DNA of 64,000 nucleotides from Escherichia coli (GTDB lineage Bacteria; Pseudomonadota; Gammaproteobacteria; Enterobacterales; Enterobacteriaceae): NCBI RefSeq assembly GCF_044647545.1, contig NZ_CP172818.1; one strand, 5' to 3'. Shown piece by piece: positions 1 to 9,179 of this stretch (position 1 is its first letter; each line of letters starts with the position of its first letter). The notes under the pieces were generated by a model. It saw only the letters and a program-made list of their open reading frames with translations, ran no database searches and was not told where the DNA came from. The position numbers and the translations under genes were made by a program.

Positions 1-220
<220 letters not shown>

Positions 221-224
221 TTCC

Positions 225-421
225 ACTAACCGCCCCTGACGATGCTCAGGGGTAAAAATGTTATCCACATCACAATTTCGTTTTGCAAATTGGGAATGTT
301 TGCAATTATTTGCCACAGGTAACAAAAAACCAGTCCGCGAAGTTGATAGAATCGCATCATCTCGCACGGTCAAATGTGCTTTTTCAAACACTCATCCGCA
401 TCACGATGTGAGGAAATTAAC
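225..421 (+). promoter_or_regulatory. nupG upstream regulatory region; purine-rich ribosome-binding site GAGGAA ends a few nt before the ATG
   Basis: Intergenic region directly upstream of nupG with AT-rich stretch and TGCAAA/TTTGCA half-site-like motifs; nupG is known to be CRP/CytR/DeoR controlled, but exact sites not verified. Confidence 0.35.
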
Positions 422-1678
422 ATGAATCTTAAGCTGCAGCTGAAAATCCTCTCTTTTCTGCAGTTCTGTCTGTGGGGAAGTTGGCTGACGACCCTCGGCT
501 CCTATATGTTTGTTACCCTGAAGTTTGACGGTGCTTCTATTGGCGCAGTTTATAGTTCACTGGGTATCGCCGCGGTCTTTATGCCTGCGCTGCTGGGGAT
601 TGTGGCCGACAAATGGTTAAGTGCGAAATGGGTATATGCCATTTGCCACACCATTGGCGCTATCACGCTGTTCATGGCGGCACAGGTCACGACGCCGGAA
701 GCGATGTTCCTTGTGATATTGATTAACTCGTTTGCTTATATGCCAACGCTTGGGTTAATCAACACCATCTCTTACTATCGCCTGCAAAATGCCGGGATGG
801 ATATCGTTACTGACTTCCCGCCAATCCGTATCTGGGGCACCATCGGCTTTATCATGGCAATGTGGGTGGTGAGCCTGTCTGGCTTCGAATTAAGCCACAT
901 GCAGCTGTATATTGGCGCAGCACTTTCCGCCATTCTGGTTCTGTTTACCCTGACTCTGCCGCATATTCCAGTTGCTAAACAGCAAGCGAATCAGAGCTGG
1001 ACAACCCTGCTGGGCCTCGATGCATTCGCGCTGTTTAAAAACAAGCGTATGGCAATCTTCTTCATCTTCTCAATGCTGCTGGGCGCGGAACTGCAGATTA
1101 CCAACATGTTCGGTAATACCTTCCTGCACAGCTTCGACAAAGATCCGATGTTTGCCAGCAGCTTCATCGTGCAGCATGCGTCAATCATCATGTCGATTTC
1201 GCAGATCTCTGAAACCCTGTTCATTCTGACCATCCCGTTCTTCTTAAGCCGCTACGGTATTAAGAACGTAATGATGATCAGTATTGTGGCGTGGATCCTG
1301 CGTTTTGCTCTGTTTGCTTACGGCGACCCGACTCCGTTCGGTACTGTACTGCTGGTACTGTCGATGATCGTTTACGGTTGCGCATTCGACTTCTTCAACA
1401 TCTCTGGTTCGGTGTTTGTCGAAAAAGAAGTTAGCCCGGCAATTCGCGCCAGCGCGCAGGGGATGTTCCTGATGATGACCAACGGCTTCGGCTGTATCCT
1501 CGGCGGCATCGTGAGCGGTAAAGTGGTTGAGATGTACACCCAAAACGGCATTACCGACTGGCAGACCGTATGGCTGATTTTCGCAGGTTACTCCGTGGTT
1601 CTGGCCTTCGCGTTCATGGCGATGTTCAAATATAAACACGTTCGTGTCCCGACAGGTACACAGACGGTTAGCCACTAA
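422..1678 (+). CDS. nupG: Nucleoside:H+ symporter NupG (MFS), 418 aa
   Basis: ORF track 374..1678; annotated start is the internal ATG giving MNLKLQLKILSFLQF..., 418 aa, multiple TM segments. Confidence 0.95.
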   Translation: MNLKLQLKILSFLQFCLWGSWLTTLGSYMFVTLKFDGASIGAVYSSLGIAAVFMPALLGIVADKWLSAKWVYAICHTIGAITLFMAAQVTTPEAMFLVILINSFAYMPTLGLINTISYYRLQNAGMDIVTDFPPIRIWGTIGFIMAMWVVSLSGFELSHMQLYIGAALSAILVLFTLTLPHIPVAKQQANQSWTTLLGLDAFALFKNKRMAIFFIFSMLLGAELQITNMFGNTFLHSFDKDPMFASSFIVQHASIIMSISQISETLFILTIPFFLSRYGIKNVMMISIVAWILRFALFAYGDPTPFGTVLLVLSMIVYGCAFDFFNISGSVFVEKEVSPAIRASAQGMFLMMTNGFGCILGGIVSGKVVEMYTQNGITDWQTVWLIFAGYSVVLAFAFMAMFKYKHVRVPTGTQTVSH

Positions 1679-1689
1679 TTACGCAAAGA

Positions 1690-1722
1690 AAAACGGGTCG
1701 CCAGAAGGTGACCCGTTTTTTT
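1690..1722. terminator. Bidirectional rho-independent terminator between convergent nupG and speC
   Basis: Inverted repeat CGGGTCGCC / GGTGACCCG followed by T-run (and A-run on the other strand). Confidence 0.7.
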
Positions 1723-1726
1723 ATTC

Positions 1727-3862
1727 TTACTTCAACACATAACCGTACAACCGTTTCATGCCATCCGCATCGGTTTCGCTATAGACACCTTGCAGCTCCG
1801 GCGAAAATCCCGGCAACAAATTCACCCCTTCTTCCAGTGCAAGGAAATAACGTTGAACCGCCCCACCCCAGACTTCCCCGGGTACCACGCAAAGCACGCC
1901 AGGTGGATAAGGTAACGCCCCTTCTGCCGCAATTCGCCCTTCGGCATCACGAATCCGCACCAACCCCACTTCACCGCGAATATAAGCGCTATGCGCATCC
2001 TGGGGATTCATCACCACTGACGGGAAACTCTGCTGGCGGAACATCGCTTTTTGTAGGTCTTTGACGTCGAAACTGACATACAGATCGTGCATCTCCTGAC
2101 ACAACTGGCGCAGGGTGTAGTCGCGATAACGCACCGGATATTTGTTATAAACGCTCGGCAACACCTCAACCAGCGGCGAGTCATCCTCAATATGCTGTTC
2201 AAACTGCGCCAGCATCGCCACCAGTTGTGCCAGCTTCTCGTGGCTTTCCGCCGGAGTTAATAAGAACAGAATGGAATTGAGATCGCACTTCTCCGGCACA
2301 ATGCCGTTCTCACGCAGATAGTGCGCCAGAATCGTCGCCGGAACGCCAAAGTCGCTATATTCGCCAGTTTCGGCATTGATACCTGGTGTAGTGAGTAACA
2401 GCTTGCACGGATCAACAAAATACTGATCCGCGGCATATCCTTCAAAGCCGTGCCACTTCGCCCCCGGCTCAAAACTGAAAAAACGGCGGTCGCTGGCTAA
2501 CACTGACGTCGGATAATCCTGCCACAATTTGCCATCAACAACGGGCGGGATAAACGGGCGGAACAGCTTACAGCGCGCAAGAATCGCCTTCCGGGCTTCA
2601 ATCCCCAACGCAACGCACTCCGCCCACAGCCGACGCCCACTCTCCCCTTCATGAATTTTGGCGTTAACGTCCAGCGCGGCGAACAGCGGATAGAACGGGC
2701 TGGTAGAAGCATGGAGCATAAAGGCATTATTCAACCGCTTATGCGGGCAAAAACGCGCCTGTCCACGGATATGGTTATCTTTTTTATGGATCTGCGACGT
2801 CTGTGAGAATCCCGCCTGCTGTTTGTGCACCGACTGGGTCACAAAGATCCCCGGATCGTTTTCGTTAAGTTCTAACAGCAGCGGCGAGCTATCCGCCATC
2901 ATCGGGATAAACTGTTCGTAACCGACCCACGCGGAATCAAACAGAATGTAATCACACAGATGCCCAACGGTATCGATCACCTGACGGGCGTTATAGACAG
3001 TGCCGTCATAGGTTCCCAGCTGAATAATCGCCAGGCGAAACGGGCGCGGCAGGTCGGCTTTTTCTGGCGCAACGTCGCGAATTTGCTGGCGCAGATACTC
3101 TTCATTAAAACAGTGTGCATCAATACCGCCAATGAAACCAAACGGGTTACGTGAAGCTTCCAGATAGACCGGCGTCGCCCCCGCCTGAATCAGCGCGCCG
3201 TGATGATTCGACTTATGGTTGTTACGGTCGAAGAGCACCAGATCGCCACGCGTTAACAGCGCATTCGTCACCACTTTATTCGCTGCCGATGTGCCGTTCA
3301 GTACAAAATAGGTTTTATCGGCATGAAAGACTTTGGCTGCGAATTTCTGCGCATCCTTCGCCGATCCTTCATGAATAAGCAGATCGCCCAATTTTACGTC
3401 AGCGTTACACATATCGGCGCGAAAGATGTTCTCGCCAAAGAAATCGTAAAAATGGCGTCCGGCAGGATGCTTTTTAAAGAACGCACCATGTTGATGTCCA
3501 GGGCAAGCAAAGGTGCTATTGCCCATCTCAACGTACTGCGTCAGCGTGTCATAAAACGGTGGCAGCAAATTCTCTTCATACTGACAGGCTGCGGATTCCA
3601 GCTCCAGCCACTGCTGCTCGTTGCCGTTGATTACCGCCGTAACGCCCGCAGGTAATTCAACAGCATGTTCGGAATACAAAAACACCGGTAGATGAAAACC
3701 GGTACGCTTAAGCAACGCAAGAATGCCACTGCGGCTATCCGCAGCGGTAATGACGACTGCCGCGACGTCCGTAAAATCAGTATCTCCCAACGCCACCACG
3801 CGGCGATGAGTAGAAAGTCGGGATACCAGTTCACTACTGGCGGCAATATTCATTGATTTCAT
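1727..3862 (-). CDS. speC: Ornithine decarboxylase, constitutive (PLP-dependent), 711 aa
   Basis: ORF track 1727..3946 (739 aa); native start taken at internal Met giving MKSMNIAASSELVSRL..., 711 aa. Confidence 0.95.
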   Translation of the reverse strand: MKSMNIAASSELVSRLSTHRRVVALGDTDFTDVAAVVITAADSRSGILALLKRTGFHLPVFLYSEHAVELPAGVTAVINGNEQQWLELESAACQYEENLLPPFYDTLTQYVEMGNSTFACPGHQHGAFFKKHPAGRHFYDFFGENIFRADMCNADVKLGDLLIHEGSAKDAQKFAAKVFHADKTYFVLNGTSAANKVVTNALLTRGDLVLFDRNNHKSNHHGALIQAGATPVYLEASRNPFGFIGGIDAHCFNEEYLRQQIRDVAPEKADLPRPFRLAIIQLGTYDGTVYNARQVIDTVGHLCDYILFDSAWVGYEQFIPMMADSSPLLLELNENDPGIFVTQSVHKQQAGFSQTSQIHKKDNHIRGQARFCPHKRLNNAFMLHASTSPFYPLFAALDVNAKIHEGESGRRLWAECVALGIEARKAILARCKLFRPFIPPVVDGKLWQDYPTSVLASDRRFFSFEPGAKWHGFEGYAADQYFVDPCKLLLTTPGINAETGEYSDFGVPATILAHYLRENGIVPEKCDLNSILFLLTPAESHEKLAQLVAMLAQFEQHIEDDSPLVEVLPSVYNKYPVRYRDYTLRQLCQEMHDLYVSFDVKDLQKAMFRQQSFPSVVMNPQDAHSAYIRGEVGLVRIRDAEGRIAAEGALPYPPGVLCVVPGEVWGGAVQRYFLALEEGVNLLPGFSPELQGVYSETDADGMKRLYGYVLK

Positions 3863-4233
3863 AAGCGCAAAACCCGTTTCGGGGAAGTAAGAATACCGGA
3901 CAAGGTGAAAAACCCTGCCCCACGAGATATGGGTCAAACTGGTCACCAGCTCCGACCGCCAGACATCAGTAAAAGCAGAAACGCTCTGATTTTACTGTTG
4001 TCCTGCAGTGAGCGTGCGTTAACCTCACCGCATGAGCAGAAAAAGGGAGGAGTTTCGCGCGAAACGGCGATAAGCGAGAGAATGTAAGGAGGTGGCGTGC
4101 ATCGGGCAAACTCCGTACAGAGAGGAGAAAATTCGCGCAATCATGGCACCTTTCACCAGAGCGTGCAAGCCAGGACTTTGCGAACAAACAAGCCATCGAA
4201 GGAGCCAAACGGTCATAATAAGAAAATCAGACA

Positions 4234-4962
4234 ATGCAGCTAACAGGAACTCTTGTGGTCATCGGTCCTTTTATCAACGCAAGTGCAGTATTACTGGGTG
4301 GCGTTCTCGGTGCACTCCTTAGTCAACGCTTACCGGAACGTATCCGCGTCTCCATGACATCAATTTTTGGTCTGGCATCGCTGGGGATTGGTATTTTACT
4401 GGTGGTGAAATGCGCCAACCTTCCGGCGATGGTTTTAGCAACCTTACTCGGTGCATTAATCGGCGAAATGTGTCTGCTGGAAAAAGGGGTCAATACCGCG
4501 GTCACCAAAGCACAAAATCTGTTTCGCCACTCACGTAAGAAGCCAGCGCATGAATCTTTTATTCAGAATTATGTCGCGATTATTGTCCTGTTTTGCGCCA
4601 GCGGCACCGGGATCTTCGGGGCGATGAACGAAGGGATGACCGGCGATCCGAGTATTTTAATCGCCAAGTCATTTCTCGATTTCTTTACGGCGATGATCTT
4701 CGCCTGCTCGCTGGGTATTGCGGTGTCGGTGATTAGCATTCCATTACTGATCATCCAGTTAACACTGGCGTGGGCTGCCGCGCTGATATTACCGCTGACC
4801 ACACCGTCGATGATGGCAGACTTCAGCGCCGTAGGCGGTTTATTGCTGCTGGCAACCGGATTACGCATCTGTGGCATTAAAATGTTCCCGGTGGTCAACA
4901 TGCTTCCAGCACTCCTTCTGGCAATGCCGCTTTCCGCCGCCTGGACCGCCTGGTTTGCCTGA
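4234..4962 (+). CDS. yqgA: DUF554 family inner membrane protein YqgA
   Basis: ORF track 4234..4962, 242 aa, highly hydrophobic; the native start may be the GTG seven codons downstream (4255). Confidence 0.85.
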   Translation: MQLTGTLVVIGPFINASAVLLGGVLGALLSQRLPERIRVSMTSIFGLASLGIGILLVVKCANLPAMVLATLLGALIGEMCLLEKGVNTAVTKAQNLFRHSRKKPAHESFIQNYVAIIVLFCASGTGIFGAMNEGMTGDPSILIAKSFLDFFTAMIFACSLGIAVSVISIPLLIIQLTLAWAAALILPLTTPSMMADFSAVGGLLLLATGLRICGIKMFPVVNMLPALLLAMPLSAAWTAWFA

Positions 4963-5028
4963 CAATGCGTGCAATAGCGGCAAAGTGATGATAGATTGTG
5001 CAGTCTGCAGTAAATTGAAGAAATTTGA

Positions 5029-5057
5029 TTGACGAGACGAGGCGAATCAGGTTTAAT
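5029..5057 (+). promoter_or_regulatory. Putative sigma70 promoter of pheV (-35 TTGACG, 17-nt spacer, -10 TTTAAT, GC-rich discriminator)
   Basis: TTGACG at 5029-5034, TTTAAT at 5052-5057, then GCGCCCC immediately before the tRNA 5' end, typical of stable-RNA promoters. Confidence 0.5.
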
Positions 5058-5067
5058 GCGCCCCGTT

Positions 5068-5143
5068 GCCCGGATAGCTCAGTCGGTAGAGCAGGGGATT
5101 GAAAATCCCCGTGTCCTTGGTTCGATTCCGAGTCCGGGCACCA
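5068..5143 (+). tRNA. pheV: tRNA-Phe (anticodon GAA)
   Basis: 76-nt sequence GCCCGGATAGCTCAGTCGGTAGAGCAGGGGATTGAAAATCCCCGTGTCCTTGGTTCGATTCCGAGTCCGGGCACCA with encoded CCA end; canonical E. coli tRNA-Phe. Confidence 0.97.
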
Positions 5144-5154
5144 ATTCATAAGAA

Positions 5155-5178
5155 CCCGCCCACAAGGCGGGTTTTTGC
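5155..5178 (+). terminator. Rho-independent terminator downstream of pheV
   Basis: CCCGCC-cacaa-GGCGGG stem-loop followed by TTTTT. Confidence 0.7.
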
Positions 5179-5288
5179 TTTTGGATCTGACAATAACCTT
5201 CACGAAAAAAATTAGCTTATAAAGTCTGGGGGAATTACTCTCGCCACGTTAACGAGAGTAATTTTATTGATATTAATCTCCTGATACC

Positions 5289-5825
5289 TTACCCCCGTCC
5301 AAACTCCAGTCGCTGCACATTCACCATCCCAGGCTTCTCAGCAGCACTGACATCAATTTGTGTCACCCGCAGCGCATATTTTTCATCCAGTGCTTTTAAC
5401 CAGTTCAGCAGGTCATTAAACACCACAGGTTCTATCCAGACTTGAATATTCTCCCCACGCTCGGCTATCCGCTTGATGACCACCGAGTGCGCGGAAGCAC
5501 TGTCACTGATGACCCGCGATACCTGCGCAGGCGTTGTTGTGGCAGATTTTCGCGCTGCAATAATATCCGGCGCAGTGCTCTTCAGTCGCGCGTTCATCGC
5601 CACGAGCTGCTGCAACATCGTCTCCTGTTGCTCAATCCGTTCGCTCAACGGCTGCCAGATGACGACGTAATATCCGACGCTAAACAGGAACACCACCGCT
5701 GCCAGTAACATGCCCTTTTCACGCGGAGAACGCCCCGCCAGGTGTTGTGTCAGCCAGTGTTCGCCACGGCTTAACTGGCGTTCACGCCATTGCTGAAAAT
5801 AGTGAATAAATTTATCGCGTAACAT
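5289..5825 (-). CDS. yghD: Type II secretion system protein M homolog (GspM-beta), 178 aa
   Basis: ORF track 178 aa with single N-terminal TM segment; start overlaps the stop of the upstream gene (ATGA). Confidence 0.9.
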   Translation of the reverse strand: MLRDKFIHYFQQWRERQLSRGEHWLTQHLAGRSPREKGMLLAAVVFLFSVGYYVVIWQPLSERIEQQETMLQQLVAMNARLKSTAPDIIAARKSATTTPAQVSRVISDSASAHSVVIKRIAERGENIQVWIEPVVFNDLLNWLKALDEKYALRVTQIDVSAAEKPGMVNVQRLEFGRG

Positions 5826-5826
5826 G

Positions 5827-6720
5827 TTATTTCCTCCGCAACGTTACGCCGCCGGAAACCGCATCACCCTCTTTCTGTAATGCGTCCTGTTGCACAACAT
5901 AATCGGTTGCCAGTGCGCTACGCAGTTTGTCGAAGCTGGCAAAGTTCGCGGCCCGCAGCTGGAGGTGAAGCGTCTGGCGTTTTTGATCAAAGGTGAAACC
6001 ACGCATCTCGATGTCAGAAAGTGACGCCGATTTCAGGGTGCTGGCGATCGCTGACAATTCTGCGAGCAGCCGGGTATCGTCGGCCTGTGGGCGATATTTT
6101 TTCAGCGCCATCGTCACCTGAGAGCGTAAATTCACAATCCGCTTCTGCTCCGGGAACAGTGTTAAGAACTGTTTTTCCGCCTGGGTGCGGCTTTGCGCCA
6201 CCTGTTCGCTGACGCTCCATAACGTCACGCCCCGTTCCACTGCCAGCGCAATCAGAATCAGCAATATCGGCAGAATCATCACCCGCCAGCGCGCCCACTG
6301 TTTTCGGTAGCTGACGCGAGGCTGCCACGGCCCTGTTAGCAGGTTCCCTTCCGGTTCACCATAAGTGGTAATGGCTGGCAGAGCCGTAACGGTCAGGCGT
6401 TCGGCGTCCGCACCAGCCCATGCAGATAGTTCTTCCGGTGCAATGCCGACCACGGTTAGTGAAATCGGTAAATCCTGCTCATTGAGCTGTGCGCGGAACA
6501 TGACCGGAGCCAGCGCCCACCCGGCGCTCCATCCCCGGCACTCATTGATGCGGCAGATAACCCGTTGCGCATCGCCAGCCATATAGCCACAAGGAATGGA
6601 CATCCAGTCTGGCGCGACGGTAGCGCGGGTGATGCCGTTTTCCTGCAACCACTGCGCAATGTTGCGCATATGCTGCTGGTGAATCACTGCCACGGTTGCC
6701 AGTTGTTGGTCGATTTTCAA
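5827..6720 (-). pseudogene. yghE: Type II secretion system protein L homolog (GspL-beta), N-terminally truncated remnant
   Basis: 297-aa ORF with a TM segment and periplasmic C-terminal domain but lacking the ~250-aa cytoplasmic N-domain of full GspL; consistent with the K-12 deletion of gspD-K. Confidence 0.75.
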
Positions 6721-6752
6721 CGGGGCGAAATGCAGTTCATCGATATCCTGGT

Positions 6753-7748
6753 TCAGCTCTTCTTCCAGTAAGGCGGGCAGAATAGTCGGTAGCGCAGCGC
6801 GATGGAAATGTCGTGGCGCGCACCCTTGCGTAAAACCGTAAGTTGAATGGAATCCATTGAAGGTAACTGCCGCATCAGAGCAATCATTGCTCGTGGATCA
6901 GTGAAATCCTGCTGATTTAGCGCAATGGCGATATCGCCTTCCTTAAAACCGCTGGCATCGAACAGAGAACGATCTGCCCCCGGTTTCACTGCATAACCGA
7001 CAATCCCTTCCTTACGCACAGGCGTAAGCTGGATATAGTTAAAAATTTTCTGCGGATCTTTCGCCAGTGCCTGACGCACGGCAGCCGGGATCTCAACTGG
7101 CGCACTGACAGCAGGTTCAGCAACAGCTTGCTTTGCTTCGTCACTGACAGCTTTTTTGTTGGTCACGGCAACGGTGGAACGCTCCTCTTCAGCCAGGCTC
7201 AGGCGCTCTATTTTTCCCTGATAGCGCAGCATCACATGGTCGCGGTTGATTTCCTCAATCACTGCGTTGTGCGAGCCAAGCGTTTCACCCTGCAAATAGA
7301 CCTGCTGTTTACCACCTTCTTCAATAACCGCGCCGGGTCTGGCACCAAAGGCGATCCCACACAACACCACATTAAGACGCGTTTCGGCCACAGGTGCAGG
7401 TTCGGGTTGTTTTACCGGCGTGGCGACGGGCTGATATTTGCCAAACCAGTTTTGCTGGCTGATTAATTGCACGTCATTTTTATCGAACGCTTTTGCATCC
7501 GCACGGAGCGGTTTATTCGCCGATGGGGAAACCGCCGTATATTCCGCAGAAAAGGAGAAATAGCGCCAGAGTGAATGCGCCACTTTTGCAGAAATAATAA
7601 GCAGCATCAGCCAGAACATCCCGCGTGCAATTTTGCGCAGATGCTCTTTGTCTGTATTAAGAGATTGTCTCTGGTTAAGAGTGTGACGAATTTTTGTCAG
7701 CCATTGAATGAGATAAATTCGTGCGTCACGAAAAACAACCCGCGCCAA
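6753..7748 (-). pseudogene. yghF: Type II secretion system protein C homolog (GspC-beta), probably with altered C-terminus at the deletion junction
   Basis: 331-aa ORF with N-terminal TM segment, Pro/Ala-rich linker and PDZ-like region; real start may be an internal Met; the 3' end abuts the yghE remnant. Confidence 0.7.
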
Positions 7749-7765
7749 TTTATATCTACCCGACG

Positions 7766-8176
7766 TTATGCTTTGACTATTCCACAGGTGGTACGATCCA
7801 GTTTCCGCTGATACTGGTTACCTGTACGTGTATCATTAATCGTTATGCTGTAATTAATTCCCTCGGTGATCATTAATTTCACCGTTGGGTCAGCGCACAT
7901 TTGTCGTTGATAGCTGGTTAAAAAGGCGTCAGGTGTCTGCGTGGTCTGAGTACCCGATTCGCTGATAATGGTCATTTTTACCGTCGTGCCACTACTTTGC
8001 GCCAGCACTAAGGTATATCCCGCAGATTTAATCGGCAGGTTTTGGCTGATATTTTGCGCCTGTTTTTTCGCCAGTAAACTGGCATTTTCATTATGGCTGG
8101 CACAGCCACTTAATAATCCTGTAACGCTCAACAATAGCGATATTAATACCCTCCCTGGCATTTGTTTTATCGACAT
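7766..8176 (-). CDS. yghG: Outer membrane lipoprotein YghG (T2SS pilotin-like), 136 aa
   Basis: Signal peptide with lipobox LLSGC in the ORF-track translation. Confidence 0.9.
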   Translation of the reverse strand: MSIKQMPGRVLISLLLSVTGLLSGCASHNENASLLAKKQAQNISQNLPIKSAGYTLVLAQSSGTTVKMTIISESGTQTTQTPDAFLTSYQRQMCADPTVKLMITEGINYSITINDTRTGNQYQRKLDRTTCGIVKA

Positions 8177-8241
8177 GGTAAATAATCTCTAAGGTTATTA
8201 ATAAGAGTTAAAATGTCACTTTGATAATGACGTGGTTATCA

Positions 8242-9051
8242 TTAAAACAATGCCTGTAGATAAAGTGTTGCTATACCGCCCAGACTTAAACACGGTCCAA
8301 AAGGCAGTGTGGTTGATCCTCTTTTTGTAATAACGGCATATATCAGGCCGCAGCATGAGGCGATTAAAGCAACATTGGGCAGTGATAATGCCCCCACCCA
8401 GCCACCTAACGCAGCGAAGAGTAATACATCGCCCATGCCTAATGCTTCTTTACGCAGAACTATTCCGGCTATCCAGCGCAGGGAGTAAAAAGTGATAAAT
8501 CCCACCAGTACGCCGGTAACTGCGTCTTGTAGCGTTAACGGACTCTGTTGCGCCCATGCTGCAATCAGCCCGGTCCACAATACGCCCTGAGTAAAAACAT
8601 CGGGCAGCCATTGGTTGTCGAGGTCAATGACGCTCGCGGCAATCAGCCAGGCGGATAATATCATCACCGCCAGCCCCCATCCACTTTCTGGCCACACCAG
8701 ACTCGCCAGCAAAAAAGTGAGTGCTGTCAATAACTCAACCAGCGGATAACGCTTGCTGATTTTCGCCTGACAGTCGCGGCAGCGCCCTTTGAGCATCAAC
8801 CATGAGAGCAGCGGAATATTGTCACGAACGCGGATGGTCTGCTGGCAATGCGGACAGTGCGAACGCGGTAGCGCAAGGCTTATTTTTGACTGCGCACTCG
8901 GCATTTCACCATGAAACTCCGCCATTTGTTGGCGCAGCATGATGGGGTAACGCCAAATCACCACATTCAAAAAACTGCCGATGATCAATCCTCCGACGGT
9001 TGCCAGTATGGGCATCGCCGCAGGGTATTGCTGAAAAACATCAAAAAGCAT
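8242..9051 (-). CDS. pppA: Prepilin peptidase (GspO family), 269 aa
   Basis: ORF track 269 aa with CxxC...CxxC zinc motif and polytopic membrane domain typical of type IV prepilin peptidases. Confidence 0.93.
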   Translation of the reverse strand: MLFDVFQQYPAAMPILATVGGLIIGSFLNVVIWRYPIMLRQQMAEFHGEMPSAQSKISLALPRSHCPHCQQTIRVRDNIPLLSWLMLKGRCRDCQAKISKRYPLVELLTALTFLLASLVWPESGWGLAVMILSAWLIAASVIDLDNQWLPDVFTQGVLWTGLIAAWAQQSPLTLQDAVTGVLVGFITFYSLRWIAGIVLRKEALGMGDVLLFAALGGWVGALSLPNVALIASCCGLIYAVITKRGSTTLPFGPCLSLGGIATLYLQALF

Positions 9052-9059
9052 GGTTAAAG

Positions 9060-9178
9060 GTTATTTGTTGTAACTTGTCGGATGCGGGCCGCGGGTGTAT
9101 GCCATACGGCTTTCCTTCAGGCCCGATGCGCCTTATTTCATGCCGGATGCGGCGCGAGCGCCTTATCCGGCATACAGG
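9060..9178. repeat. REP (repetitive extragenic palindromic) elements between pppA and sslE
   Basis: Palindromic units GCCGGATGCGGCG....CGCCTTATCCGGC characteristic of E. coli REP sequences. Confidence 0.6.
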
Positions 9179-9179
9179 C

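Noticed and set aside
1727-3946. Extended N-termini suggested by the ORF track for speC (739 aa) and similarly for glcC, glcF, metC, yqhC, yghU and sslE
   Set aside because: Upstream in-frame codons before the native start; start sites were set from known protein N-termini and ribosome-binding-site context
3863-4233. Small ORFs (60-80 aa) in the speC-yqgA intergenic region, where I recall small K-12 genes (yqgB/yqgC) being annotated
   Set aside because: I could not match any translation to a sequence I confidently remember, so no gene is called; the region may still contain a small protein or leader
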